This document shows, one piece after another, positions 23,270-37,048 of a DNA stretch of 64,000 nucleotides. The DNA comes from Octopus sinensis. Its lineage: Eukaryota. The notes beneath the pieces are model-generated. The model did no database searches and was not told the DNA's origin. It saw only the letters and a program-made list of their open reading frames with translations. Location of the stretch: NCBI RefSeq assembly GCF_006345805.1, contig NC_043023.1:2852001-2916000 (forward strand), read 5' to 3'. Numbering within the stretch: position 1 is the stretch's first letter; the number at the start of each line of letters is the position of its first letter. The translations under genes and the position numbers were made by a program.

Positions 23270-24580
23270 AAAGGAACCACTAGGAACTACAACATTGCCA
23301 ACACCAGAGCAAGTTTTTACAACAACCATTACAACAAAAACAATAACAGAAAAAAACCCAATATCGATTACTATACCATGACCACCACCACCAACAGTAG
23401 CCACAACAACAACAACAACAGCAACAACACAAACAAGGACAGTGTCAGCTTCAACTATAGCAGCAACAAATTTATCATCATCACCACCACCACACCACTA
23501 CCATCGGACACAACAATAACAACAACATCAATAACACTAGTAACAACATTGGTAGTTGTACCACCACTGCTGCTACTAACAACATCATCACCACCATCGC
23601 TACCACCGTCTCCATTACTACCACTGATACCACAACTACCACCAGGCCACCACTGCCACTACCACCATCACCATCATCGCTACCACCATCACTGCCACCA
23701 CCACCACCGTCATCACTACCACCATCACCGCTATCACCATCACCACCATTGCTACCACTACCACCACTACCACTGTCACCACTATCGCCCCTACCACCAC
23801 CACCATCATCACTACCACCATCACCAATGCCACCACCATCATCACTGCCACCACCACCACCACTACCACCATCACAACCACCGCTACCACTACCACCACC
23901 ATCATCACTACCACTACTGTCATCACAACCACCACAATCAGCACCACCACTACCGCTACTAATATCACCATCATCATCAACAACAACGCAAAATACACCA
24001 CCATCAACAACACTAACCATTACTGCTACCATCACCACTACCACCACCACCACCACCAACAAGAATAGCAACACAAAAATAAAAAGAACCCCTAATAATA
24101 GACAACAACACTACCGCCACCGCAACCATCACCATCACTGCCATGACCACCACTACAACTACGATGTTCACCACCAATACCACTACCACTGCAGGCACCA
24201 CCACCACAAAACACACCACCATTACAACCACCACAACTACCACAACCACTACATCTGCCACCACCACCTCTACAACCACCACCGATATTAGAACCAACAC
24301 CACTACCACCAACAACAACACCAATACCACCCCCGCCATAACCACTACAACCATCACCACCATCACCAGTATTACAACCAACACCACCACCAACAACAAC
24401 ACCAATACCACTCCCGCCATAACCACTACAACCACCACCACCATCAACAACACCACCACTACAACCACCACCAGTATTACAACCAACACCACTACCACCA
24501 CCTCCACCAACAACAACAAACCAATTCCACCACCATCATCATTAACATGACCACCACCACCAACAGCAAGGACATTATTA
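23270..24580. repeat. (ACC)/(AAC)/(ATC)n low-complexity field
   Basis: Direct inspection. Confidence 0.92.
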
Positions 24581-25172
24581 AGAAGGACAACAACATCAAA
24601 CCAAAACAAGCCACATTAGACCAACCAAACTGACATTTTCTCCCAGAGCAAATGTTCCGCACAAGTGGTTCTTTTGTAAAGTTCTCCCTCTTTCTCTTTG
24701 ACCTTCCCTGGCTCTGCAATAACAATAGGAACAACAACAAGACTGAATAACAGGCATTAAATATAGATTAACTCTTCACAATCCATGTGATCAAAAGATC
24801 AAATTTAAGTGGCAAATGAAGCTTTCTTTAACAAAGACATTTCTTTTCTGTTGTATTTCTATAATTCTTTGGTATTGTGTGTTAGTTTTCTGTTTGATCT
24901 TTGGAAAATGATGTTTTTTCTGTCTTTTGCTTGGCTGCGGCCATGCTGGGGCATCACCTTGAAGAATTCCTAGTCCGATAAATCAATGTCGGTACTTATT
25001 TTTTTAAAGCCTGATATCTATTCTGTTGGTCGCTTTTTTGCTGATCTACCATGTTATAGGGACATAAACAAACTAACAATGGTTGTTAAGCAGTGATGGT
25101 TGACAAACACAAACACAGATATATATATATCTGTGTGTGTGTGTGTGTATATATATTTTATATATATATATA

Positions 25173-25302
25173 GGGGTAGAATTCACAAAAACAAAAGACG
25201 AAGACAGGTGGTCTAGACAACAAACAGATGTATTAGTATAATGCTCGGGAAGTGAAAAAGTCTTTAACGTTTCGAGCCTATGCTCTTCCACAGAAAGGAA
25301 CA
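25173..25302 (-). mobile_element. PLE-like fragment with variant hammerhead (25262-25297)
   Basis: Minus strand CUUU-CUGUGGA-A-GAGC auag GCUC-GAAACGUU-AAAG. Confidence 0.65.
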
Positions 25303-25319
25303 CTGCCTTTCATCAAGCA

Positions 25320-25653
25320 AATCGACTCCAGGGCTTATTTTTTGTAAGCCTAGTAGTCGTTCATCAGTCTCTTTTGCCGAACCGCTAAGTGACGGGGACG
25401 TAAACACACCAGCATCAGTTGTCAAGCAATGCTAGGGGGACAAACACAGACACACAAACACACACACATACATATATACATATACATATATACGACAGGC
25501 TTCTTTCAGTTTCCGTCTACCAAATCCACTCACAAGGCATTGGTCGGCCCGGGGCTATAGCAGAAGATACTTGCCCAAGATGCCACGCAGTGGGACTGAA
25601 CCCAGAACCATGTGGTTGGTTAGCAAGCTACTTATCACACAGCCACTCCTGCG

Positions 25654-25655
<2 letters not shown>
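25320..25655 (-). mobile_element. SINE family A
   Basis: Reverse complement of the family consensus seen in this window. Confidence 0.88.
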
Positions 25656-25696
<41 letters not shown>

Positions 25697-26290
25697 CTTC
25701 AAGATTTCAATGATGTGATTATTTTTAGAATGACATTGTGGGATAAGTGCGAGAGGCCAGATCTGGTCAGTTTGAATATAAAACAGATAAAGTAATTAGG
25801 CCATATATGGCCAGTTTAACCCATTGGCGTCCAGATTATTATGTCAAATGAAATCCTTGTTTATTCACATTGTTTTGGATTAATCATAGATTATCTCATA
25901 GCTTAGGGATTAGGATTAGGAGAATACAGGAGGTGGTAAAAAAAAGCCAGCTTCTATATATGGCTGAAGCGAGAAGTCCAAAAATGGCTTGAAAGTCATA
26001 ACATACCTATTTCTTTATTACCCACAAGGGGCTGAACATAGAGGAGACAAACAAGGATAGACAAACGAATTAAGTCGATTACATCGACCCCAGTGCGTAA
26101 CTGGTACTTAATTTATTGACACCGAAAGGATGAAAGGCAAAGTTGACCATGGTGGAATTTGAACTCAGTACATTGCTAAGCATTTCACCCGGCATGTTGA
26201 CGATTCTGCCAGCTCGCCATCAAAGTCATAACATACCGGCAGGAAAATAACATTACCAGATGAGACAGGCTGACACTGAATTAGCTTTGC

Positions 26291-26456
26291 TGATTGACAG
26301 GTGACTGTCTCATTTAGAGAATGTGTGAGCTAAGACTATGTACCCTCCATTGTTCAGTTAAAGTTTAGACAGTGTCATGTGACAACTTGCTGGGGCTGCC
26401 TGCTGGAGCCTAGCAGCAGGTATTTAAAGGGAAAAAATTTGACAAGACAGTCAGTC
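26291..26456 (+). promoter_or_regulatory. Candidate core promoter: TGATTGACAG, TATTTAAA and TCAGTC
   Basis: PBX-MEIS decamer at 26291-26300; TATA-like box at 26421; Inr-like TCAGTC at 26451 (30-bp spacing). Confidence 0.3.
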
Positions 26457-26924
26457 GCTCGCTGACACTCATTGACGCTACATTGAAGAGTCCAGGGAAC
26501 AGAAGAAAGAAGAAGAAGGAAGACATGCACCCAACACCAGAACTGAAAACACCTCCGAAAGGGAGGGCCCCGCCACGTCAAAACAGTAGAGGAGTAGGGA
26601 CCAAAACCGGATGTGCTTTCTCCTGATGATGTCTTGAGCTAACTGGATCTTATAAAGGAGCTGTTGTGGTAGCAGACCACGAAACACGGTTGAAATTATT
26701 TTTTAGAAAGACATTGTAGGGTAGGTGTGAGAGATCAGACCTAGCCAGTTTGAACTTAAACAGGCAGAATACAAATTCCTTTGTCGAAATTAATCCTTAT
26801 TTATTCACATTGTTTTGAATTAATCATGGATTATTTCACAGCTTTGAGATTTTGATGATGCTATTGTTTATTTTTAGGATGACATTGCAGGCTAGGTGTG
26901 AGGGGCCAAGTCTGACCAGTTTAA

Positions 26925-27464
26925 CCCTTTTGTTATTGTATTTATTTTGAGATGCTTCGTGTTTCTTTTAATTAATTTTAAATATAACAAAGAATTTAGT
27001 AAAATAACTTAGTTATCATTTAGCTGTGGAGGCGCAATAGCCCAGTGGTTAGGGCAGCGGACTTGTGGTTGGAGGATCGCGGTTTCGATTCCCAGACTGG
27101 GCGTTGTGTGTGTTAATTGAATGAAAACACCTAAAAGCTCCACGAGACTCCGGCAGGGGGTGGTGGCAAACCCTGTTGTACTCTTTCGCCCCAAATTTCT
27201 CTCCCTCTCTCTTCCTGTTTCTTGAGTAACGCTGCAATGGACTGGCATCCCGTCCGGCTGGGGGGAACACATACACCACAGAAATCAGGAGACCGGGCCC
27301 AAGAGCCTGGTTAGGCTTGAAAAGGGCGCATAAGACATAAGAGATCATTCAGTTTGTGTTAAGAACATAAATTGTGACTAAGGTTTGGTGGAAGATTTTA
27401 ATTCAAAACTTATGAAAACAAGACATTTGTACTCAGAGCCAGAGGTGGTTTCAGCCAGAAAGAG
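26925..27464 (+). mobile_element. piggyBac-like MITE with a nested SINE (27026-27335)
   Basis: TTAA|CCCTTT...AAAGAG|TTAA termini with TTAA duplication. Confidence 0.6.
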
Positions 27465-27614
27465 TTAAGCATAAAACAAAATATTTTAGCCAGATATGAC
27501 TGGTTTAATCTCTTAGCAGACAGATTAGGCTATCAAATTTAATGCTTATTTATTCACATTGATTTGAATTAATCATGGATTATCTCGTAGCCTCAAAATT
27601 TCAATATGACTTTT

Positions 27615-28750
27615 CTTTTACTTGTTTCAGTCATTTGACCGTGGCCATGCTGGAGTACCACCTTTAGTTGAAAAAATCGACCCCACGACTTATTCTATAT
27701 AAGTCTAGTACTTATTCTGTTGGTCTCCTTTTCTGAACTACTAAGTGATGGGGATGTAAACACACCAGCATCGGTTGTCAAGTGATGTTCGGGGGACAAA
27801 CATAGACACACAAGCACACACACACACATAAATATGTATGTATACAATGGGCTTCTTTCAGTTTCTATCTACCAAATCCACTGACAAGGCTTTGGTCAGC
27901 CCAAGGCTATAGTAGAAGACACTTACCCAAGATGCCATGCAGTGGGACTGAACCCTGAACCATGTGGTTGGTAAGCAAGCTACTTACCACACAGCCACAG
28001 CTGTTTATTTTTAGAATGACATTGTAAGGTAAGCACAAGAGGCCAGATCTAGCCAGTTTGATCATAAACCACATTGGCTGGTTCTGTCTGGTTTAACACT
28101 CTGTTATTCAGATTACTCTGTCAAATGTAATGCTTATTTCTTCACATTGTTTAGAATTAATAATTTATTACTCTTTACTCTTTTACTTGTTTCAGTTATT
28201 TGACTGTGGCCATACTGGGGCACCGCCTTCAGTTGAGCAAATCGCCCCCAGGACTTATTCTTTGTAAGCCTAGTACTTATTCTATCAGTCTCTTTTGCTG
28301 AACCACTAAGTTACTGGGACGTAAACACACCAGCATCGGTTGTCAAGCGATGTTGGGGGGACAAACACACACATACATACATATATATACACACATATGT
28401 ACGATGGGCTTCTTTCAGTTTCCACCTTCCAAATCCACTCACAAGGCTTTGGTCAGCCCAAGGCTATAGTAGAAGACACTTGCCCAAGGTGCCACGCAGT
28501 GGGACTGATTTTGGAACTATGTGGTTGGTAAGCAAGCTACATACCACACAACCACTTCTACGCCTATATATGTATATATATATATATATATAATATATAT
28601 ATATATATGTATATACGAAGGGCTTCTTTCAGTTTCCGTCGACCAAATCCACTCGCAAGGCTTTGATCAGCCTGAGGCTATAGTAGAAGACATTTGCCTA
28701 AGGTGCCACGCAGTGGGACTGAACCCGGAACACACAGCCACTCCTACGCC
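27615..28750 (-). mobile_element. SINE family A copies (27615-27998, 28170-28564, partial 28615-28750)
   Basis: Reverse complement of the family sequence. Confidence 0.85.
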
Positions 28751-29707
28751 TATGATAATGTTTATTTATTCACCTTGCTTACAATTAATCAAGCATTATC
28801 TTGTAGCTTTGAGAGTTTGATAAGGTGATCGTTTATTTCAAGAATGACATTGTAGGCTAGGTGTAAGAGGCTGGATCTAGCTCATTTAAACATAAGAAAC
28901 TTGAATATTTTGACTAGATACAAATGGTCTAAATGCTAAATGGTTTCCCTTCAGGAAAGAATTGGTGACATGGAACTAAATTTGTAGTTTCCACGATGCA
29001 TTCACCTGGATCATGTTTTTCCTGCAGTCTCCATATTTCACCTGTTCAAGAGGAACATTAATTGTGTTCATCTAAATAGCCTGGATGAATTTATGGAGGT
29101 TATCGGCTCAGTCTCTTCATCTGTACTGAACCTGTAAAACGAAAGGAGAGATGCTGGTGGATGGTTAGACAGAGCGGTGAATGGATGAATGAACAGGTAG
29201 ATAGAAAGGTGGTGGGTGGGATAGACAGGCTGACATGGATGACAGAGAAAAAGATGAAGGCACAGAGAGAGAGAGAGACAGGTGGTGAGAAGAGAGAAAA
29301 ATGGGAGAGAGAGAGAGATATTTGATGGACAGGTATACAGACAGATGGGTTGATGGATGGGTAGATAGATAAAGAAATGAATGGATAGAGAGATAGATAT
29401 GTCAAAGATAGAGACAGATAGACAGGCAGGTAGATAGATGGATAGATATATATATATCGATAGATAGATATAGAGACAGATAGGCAGAGAAACAGAGAGA
29501 AAGTGAGAGAGAGAAAGAGACAGAGAGAGTGGGAGAGCAACAGACAGACAGAGAGATAGATAGATAAATGGCTAGAAAGACAGATATATTAAAGATAAAG
29601 TGACAGACAAGCAGCTAAATAGATAGACAGACAGACAGACAGATAGACAGATTAATGTTCTTGTTTAGCCCCAGGTCAGTGCTTATCCAACAGACCTTTC
29701 AACAATA

Positions 29708-30115
29708 GGCATAGGAGTGGCTGTGTGGTAAGTAGCTAGCTTACGAACCACATGGTTCTGGGTTCAGTCCCACTGTGTGGCACCTTGGGCAAGTGTCTTC
29801 TAATATAGCCTCGGGCTGACCAAAGTCTTGTGAGTGAATTTGGTAGACGGAAACTGAAAGAAGCCCATCGTATGTATGTACATATGTATGTGTGTGTATA
29901 TGTTTGTGTGTCTGTGTTTGTCCCCCCAACATCACTTGACAACTGATGCTGGTGTGTTTATGCCCCCCGTAACTTAGCGGTTTGGCAAAAGAGACCAATA
30001 GAATAAGTACTAGGCTTACAAAGAATAAGTCCTGGGGTCAATTTGCTCAACTAAAGGCGGTGCTCCAGCATGGCCACAGTCAAATTACTGAAACAAATAA
30101 AAGAGAATAAAGAGT
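29708..30115 (+). mobile_element. SINE family A, full copy
   Basis: Head to tail intact. Confidence 0.9.
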
Positions 30116-30484
30116 AATAACATCCCACCTGTGACCCGCCCATTTCTGTCAGATGTGCTGTAGCCAAGAACCAGTTTATCCTTTATATGAGGGGGTTTGC
30201 AAAAGAAACTGGAATTTTGCAATGTTATTTTATTCATGTAGTTTTAAATAGTCTCTACTCTTTTACTTGTTTCAGTCATTTGACTGCAGCCATGCTGGGG
30301 CACTGCCTTTAGTCGAGCAAATCAACCCCAGGACTTCTTTGTAAGCCTAGTACTTATTCTATCGGTCTCTTTTGCCGAACTTTGGTCGGCCCGAGGCTAT
30401 AGTAGAAGACATTTGCCCAAGGTGCCATGCAGTGGGACTGAACCCAGAACCATGTGGTTCGTAAGCAAGTGTTTACACTTTTAC

Positions 30485-31075
30485 CACCTCCAAAGTATTC
30501 TCCATTGGAAGCAATGCTTCAGTCCAGACATGTTTTCCACTATTTCAAGCAGTCCTGGAACTCTTGTGAAGTGATGCCTTTCAACGTCTCTGTCATTCTT
30601 TTCTTCATCTCTTCCACATCTGCAAATTCCATAGCACCAGCTTCCGTCATCAGTAATGACCTTTGAAGAAAGGTCCAGATCAATTTCCAACTCTTCTTTC
30701 AGTTCATGACATTTTTTGATCTTCCGCGAGCAAATTTTACTGCAGCTCTTTTCATTCACAATTCTTCACTCGGAATTCTTTGGCAGGAGCTCCAGGACTC
30801 ACCAGTCATATCACTAAGTTCTTTAATTGTTTGGTGATGGTCTCCAAGGTCAGTTCATGGACTTTCATGCTGTTTTCATTCATTCAGGAGGTCGACAGTC
30901 ATCTTGAACAAGGTTAGACCTCAAGCAACAAGTGACAATTCCTAAAGTGTGAAAACTACTTGTAAACTTGTGTTTTGCTCATGGCAGCATCCTTATAAGC
31001 TGTTTGAAACACTACAAGTGTTTCAACTGCCGTTTTCCTCAACAGAAAACAGAATATCATGAAAGCCTGCTATTC
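30485..31075 (-). pseudogene. Internally deleted mariner transposase fossil
   Basis: FCFLLRKTAVETLVVFQTAYKDAAMSKTQVY..., ...SWSSCQRI.SEEL.MKRAAVKF..., LSSKVITDDGSWCYG (mariner VITGDESW motif). Weak TIR-like ends near 30184 and 31585; SINEs nested on both sides. Confidence 0.8.
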
Positions 31076-32324
31076 CTTTGTTTGTTTGTTCCTTCTCAAG
31101 CCATGCCTGGCTCATAGGGCTGGTTTCCTGGTTACATTGGCGTATAGGTTCCCTACCTGGATGGGACACCGGTCTGTTGCAGGTGAGCTGCAGGATGCAG
31201 GAGGAAAGAGTGAGGGAAAGCTGTAGCAAAAGAGTCAGCAGAAGTTCACCATTACCTTCTGCCGGAGCCGTGTGGAGCTTAGGTGTTTCACTCATAAACA
31301 CACATATCGCCCGGTCTGAGATTCAAACCTGCGATCCCTCGACCGCGAGTCTGCTGCTCTAACCACTAGGCCTTTGTTTCAACCATCCCCAAAAATCGAC
31401 AAACAGCGCTGAAGCACTGCAAAACAAATACACACCACGTGGCTGTATGACCCAACCAGACAACACCAGTTTGCAGACTGATGCCTGAGGGTCACATCAA
31501 GTGACTTCTATTAGCTGAAGCCTGAACTACAATGGGCTTGTCCCACAGAGAGCATTTCTGCTTACTTTTGCTTACCCCTTGTATCATTTCATTTTGTAAA
31601 CCAGTAGGATGTGATTTGATGTAGATTTGGCTGCTATTTCTAGCTAGGTTTTGCTATTATTTCTACTTCTTATTAATTAGGCATATGAGGGCTATGAGCT
31701 GGCACAATCGTCAGCTGCTGAGAAAGATGCTTAGCAACATTTTATCCATCTTTATGTTCCAAGTTCAAATTTGACGGGGGGGGGGGCGACTTTGCCTTTC
31801 ATCCTTTCAGGGTTGATAAATTAAGTACCAGTCAAGTACTGGGGGGAGGGGGGATCGATGTAATCAACTTATCTTCTACCCTGAAATTGCTGGCCTTGTA
31901 CCAATATTTGAAATCACCACCACCTGCACCACCACCACCATTACCACCACCACCACCACCATTACCACCACCACCATCATTATCACTACCACCATTACCA
32001 CCACCACCACCACCACCACCACCACCATCATCATCATCATTATTATCATCATCATTATTATCATCATCATTAATATCATTCAGGCAGTGAAATACTAGAA
32101 TCGTTGGCACACTGGACAAAATGCTTAGTAGCATTTTGTCTGTCTTTGTGTTCTGGGTTCGAATTCCGCCGGGGTCGACTTTACCTTTCATAATTTAAGG
32201 CTCAGTAAAATAAGTACCAGTTAAACACTGGGGTTGATGTAATCGACTCATCTCCACCTCCCCTAAACTGCCCTTGTGGCAAAAATTTGAAATTATAATT
32301 ATTATTATTATTATTATTATTATT

Positions 32325-32881
32325 GAGTGAGATAGCAGTTCATGCCATCAAAGTGACACTGGGGTACAAATATATGAAGCCCAGTATACTCATCATAACT
32401 ACCCGTCTGATAAGGGTACACCAGGCACATGCACCACAACCATATGTGTGCGCAACATAGTGATCTCATATCAAGATAAACAGCACATGACCTTGCAGGT
32501 GGGCCCCAATTAGAATGTCCTTCTGGTCGAGTAACCCATCCCGCTCAAAAGGTCCATGAATAAGGGTTGTTTAAGGATGTTGAACCAAACACCCATGTTT
32601 CCAGAGGTGAACTATTCAAACCCCAAAGAATCCCTCTCAACACATGGTTATGATGCTCCCCCAATACTTTGCTCGTGATCAGAGAAGCACATATCGTCAG
32701 CCACTAAGGGACATGCTCAACTGTTAAGGTCAAAACAACTGACAAGCAAATCTGTGGGCATTGAGCAGAATATTTGCTGTAGCCCATCTTGTATACCAAG
32801 ACAAAACAATGTACATGATAACACTTCCAATCAGTTAAGATCAGAAGCCATGAGAGCCACTGCCTGGTACTGCATCAGGGC
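32325..32881 (-). mobile_element. TAA-targeted non-coding retroposon, full copy
   Basis: Homologous to 3558-4105; TAA repeats on both sides. Confidence 0.85.
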
Positions 32882-32934
<53 letters not shown>

Positions 32935-32959
32935 TATTATTATTGTTATTATTATTCAG

Positions 32960-33830
32960 TAGTTTTTATTTTTATAAGCGTGCTTTCACTTCACTACCGA
33001 GGCAGCTCTGTGTGCCGGGTATGTGCTGTGATTTTTGTGATGCTCTGATGGTTATTGTAATGGAAAGTGTTCTGCGTAGGATGTGTACAGTGCCTAGTAG
33101 TGCAATTTTCTGTATGTTATATGTTTTGGAAGTCCTGGTGTTTTTGTTATGTATTGTCTGAATATTTTTTTATCATGCCTAATGCACCTACTATGATGGA
33201 ATTGTTTCTGTTTTCAGATTCCACATTCTAGTTACCTCTATTTCAGGTCTTTGTATTTTAGAGTTTCTCCATTTCTTTTAGAGAACGTTGTCATCTGCTG
33301 GTATTGATACATCAATTAGAAAGCATTTTTTTTTTCTTCATGATCTCTGAACTATATCTGGTCTGTTGGCCTTAATTTCTCTATCTGTGTGTATCGGCAT
33401 ATCCCAGAGTATGGTTGCTTTCTCGTTTTCTTTGAGCTTTTCTGGTGTGTGCCTATACCATCTTTCTTCTGTTGTTATTCCATAATGTTGGCATAGCTTC
33501 CAATGTATGTAGGTCCAACTCTGTCATGTCTGTGAATATATTCCTTCTTAGCCAGGACTGGGCAGCTAGAGATAATATGATTTATTGTTTCTTGTCCATC
33601 TCCATATTCTGCAGTTACTGTATAATTTCTTTTCATTACATGTTTTTGGTAATTTCTGGTGGGGAGGAGCTTTGGTCTTGTGCTGCAATTAAAAATCCCT
33701 CTGTTTTGCTTTGAGTCCTGAGCTTCTCAATCATTGCTGGGATTTTTCTTTTGTCTATTTCTTTTGCGTTTAGTTTAGTCAGTATTTACCATGAAGGGGC
33801 TTTCTTGCCATCGTTTATCATGGTTCGTTG
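32960..33830 (-). pseudogene. R4/Dong-clade non-LTR 3' fragment (CCHC region, RLE and 3' UTR)
   Basis: Frameshifted minus-strand translation SKTEGFLIAAQDQS...GDGQETINHIISSCPVLAKKEYIHRHDRVG...DMPIHTDREIKANRPDI...HILRRTLSI; ends in (TAA)n. Confidence 0.85.
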
Positions 33831-33879
33831 CTTTATTAGCGCATAGAGTGGGTAGATGTGTGGATGTATGTGTTTGTTC

Positions 33880-34580
33880 TAACTTACTTTGTGTGTTTGT
33901 GTGCGTGTACATATATATATACAAGGTTAAGGAACAGAGTGTGTGTGTGTGTATGCATGTGTGTTGTATATATACATATATTCATATTATATATATATAT
34001 TATATATTATATATATATAGTATATATATATATGTTATATATATATATGTAACACATCTCGTTGCATATATATATATGTATATATACACACACACCACTA
34101 CTAATTCACATTATCTAGCACACTGCATATACACAGATGCACACACAATATATATACACGCAGCACACAAACTACATACATACAAACACATGCACATTCA
34201 CACACACCCATACACATATGCACTCACGCATACACACACTCATGCCTTCTCCTTACATATACACACCTTCACACATCAGTACACGTGTATGCTTTCTCTC
34301 TTTCTCTCACTCATATACACATACATACATGCATACACTCATACACACATACAATTATACATACATACACACACATATGCATACATATACGCACATACAA
34401 TTATACATACACATGCATATACATCTATACATACACACACAGATACAATTATACATACATGCGCACATACATACACACATACATACATACATACACATAT
34501 CCACACATGCATACACACATACATACAAAAACATACACACATACATGCATATATACATACACATATACACACACAACTGC
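33880..34580. repeat. (TA)/(CA)/(CATA)n field
   Basis: Direct inspection. Confidence 0.92.
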
Positions 34581-34659
34581 AAAGTCAGCTAAAATGATAA
34601 GTTAGCATTCTCTTCAAGCACCTGCTGCATGTGGGGGGGGGAATGTCATCAGTGGGGTG

Positions 34660-36400
34660 GGGTTGATTGAAGAGATGGTGGGGGGGGGTGTTGGTGGTGG
34701 TCGTGGTGATGGTGATAAAAATGGTAGTGGTGGTGATGGTGGTGGTGGTGTGATAGAAATGATTAGTGGTGATGGTTGGGGTGATGGTGGTGGTGGTGAT
34801 AGAAATGATAAGTGGTGTGGTGGTGGTGATGGTGATTAAAATGGTAGTGTTGGTGATGTGGGTGGTGGTGAAATAAAAATGGTAGTGGTGGTGATGGTGA
34901 TGATAGTGGTGAGGTTGGTTTGGTGATGTGATTGGTGGTGATGGTGATAATAAAAATGGTAGTGGTGGTTGGTGGTGGTGGTGGTGGTGATAGAGATGAT
35001 AGTGGTGATGATGGTGGTGGTGGTGATGGTGATAAAAATGTAGTGTGGTTGATGGTGGTGTGGTGGAGATAGAAATTATAGTGGTGATGTTGTGGTGGTG
35101 ATGGTGATAAAATGTAGTTAGTTTGGTGATGGTGGTGGTGGTGATAGAAAGGATAGTGGTGGATGGTGGTCGAGTGTGATGGTGATAAAAAGGTTAGTGT
35201 GGTGATGGTGGTGGTGGTGGGTGATTTAAAAATGGTAGTGGTGATGTGGTGGTGGTGATGGTGATAAAAATGGTAGTGGTGGTGATGGTGGTGGTGGTGA
35301 TAGAATTGATAGTGGTGATGGTGGTGGTGATGGTGGTGGTGGTGATAGAAATGATAGTGGTGATGGTGGTGGTGATGGTGATAAAAATGGTAGTGGTGGT
35401 GATGGTGGTGGTGGTGGTGATAGAGATGATAGTGGTGATGGTGGTGGTGATGGTGATAAAAATGGTAGTGGTGGTGATGGTGGTGGTAGGATTGATAGAA
35501 ATGATAGTGGTTGATGTGGTGGTTGATGGTGATAAAAATGGTAGTGGTGGTGATGGTGGTGGTGGTGGTGATAGAGATGATAGTGGTGATGGTGGTGGTG
35601 ATGGTGATAAAAATGGTAGTGGTGGTGATGGTGGTGGTGGTGATAGAAATGATAGTGGTGATGGTGGTGGTGATGGTGATAAAAATGGTAGTGTTGGTGA
35701 TGGTGGTGGTGGTGATAGAAATTATAGTGGTGATGGTGGTGGTGATGGTGGTGGTGGTGATAGAAATGATAGTGGTGATGGTGGTGGTGATGGTGATAAA
35801 AATGGTAGTGGTGGTGATGGTGGTGGTGGTGATAGAAATGATAGTGGTGATGGTGGTGGTGATGGTGGTGGTGGTGATAGAAATGATAGTGGTGATGGTG
35901 GTGGTGATGGTGATAAAAATGGTAGTGGTGGTGATGGTGGTGGTGGTGGTGATAGAGATGATAGTGGTGATGGTGATAAAAATGGTAGTGGTGGTGATGG
36001 TGATGATGGTGTTCTTGGTGGTGATGGTGGTGGTAATGTTGGCGATGGTGCAAGTGGTGTTAGTGGTGATGATGGTGATGGTGTTGGTGGTGGTGATGGT
36101 GATAGAGATGGTAGTGGTGATGGTGGTGGTGGTAATGATGGTATTGTTGGTGGTGATGGTGGTATGGTGTTGGTGGTGGTGATGGTGATAGAGATGGTAG
36201 TGGTGGTAACGATGGTATTGTTGGTGGTGATGGTGGTGGAATGATGGCAATGGTTCTAGTGGTGTTAGTGGTGGTGATGGTGATGGTGATAGAGATGGTA
36301 GTGGTAGTGGTGGTGGTTGTGGTGGTGACAGCAGTGGTAGTGATGATAATCATGATTATGGTATTGGTGGTAGTGACAGTGGTGCAATGTTATTCTAGAG
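34660..36400. repeat. (GGT)/(GAT)n minisatellite with ~57-60-bp higher-order unit
   Basis: Repeated GGTGATAAAAATGGTAGTGGTGGTGATGGTGGTGGTGGTGATAGAAATGATAGT. Confidence 0.92.
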
Positions 36401-36811
36401 TACAGTGATGATAACAGTACAGGTAGTGGTACTCACAGTGGTGATGGTGCAGATAAGATAATGCTATAGCAGCATAGTATTCTTGTTGTGGTTGCACTGT
36501 GGAAACATTGTGGTGGTGGTGGTGGTGGTGGTAGTAGTACTGGTGGTATTGTTGTTGTTGCTGCTGCTCTAGTTTGGCTGACCTCATGACAATAGCCTAA
36601 GATTTGTCGTACATCTCGGTACCTGGCTGTTATGTCTTGCAGAGTCAGGTAACCTGTAGGGGTTTCTTTCATAGGTTCACATACACACACATCCTTTTAT
36701 TTTTTGATGCGTTTTTGTCCAAGGGCTCTGGCCATGCTGGGGCGCTGCTCGTAAAATGAGTAGATTTTTTATCCTTATTTGAGTCTTATGAGAGATGCCT
36801 GCATTATTTGA

Positions 36812-36851
<40 letters not shown>

Positions 36852-37010
36852 CACAGATGTGGCTGTGTGGTCAGAATCTTGCTTCCCAACAACATGGTTC
36901 TGGGTTCAGTCCCACTGCGTGGCACGTTGGGCAAGTGTCTTCTACTATAGCCTCAGGCAAACAAAGCCTTGTGAGTGGATTTGGTAAATGGAAACTAAAA
37001 GAAACCTGTC

Positions 37011-37048
<38 letters not shown>

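Larger units (their letters stand above)
25697..28945 (+). mobile_element. Cluster of ~220-bp TTAA-bounded MITE-like units interrupted by SINEs
   Basis: Recurrent TTATTCACATTGTTTTGAATTAATCATG...TTTTTAGAATGACATTGTAGG...GAGGCCAGATCT blocks at ~25.7, 25.85, 26.7, 26.8, 27.5, 28.0, 28.1 and 28.8 kb, joined at TTAA. Confidence 0.55.

Noticed and set aside
24635-24713. Possible 79-nt minus-strand exon (TTGCAG acceptor, GTCAGT donor)
   Set aside because: All three frames are open but none is recognisable, and there are no partner exons; needs RNA-seq.
28950-29130. Faint mariner C-terminal resemblance (..FHLFKRNINCVHLNSLDE..)
   Set aside because: Too degenerate to support without a profile search.
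34763-36250. 495-aa and 332-aa poly-T/H/V/G ORFs (also 13064-13663, 23378-24609)
   Set aside because: Trinucleotide repeat fields; no domain, splice or codon evidence of a gene.
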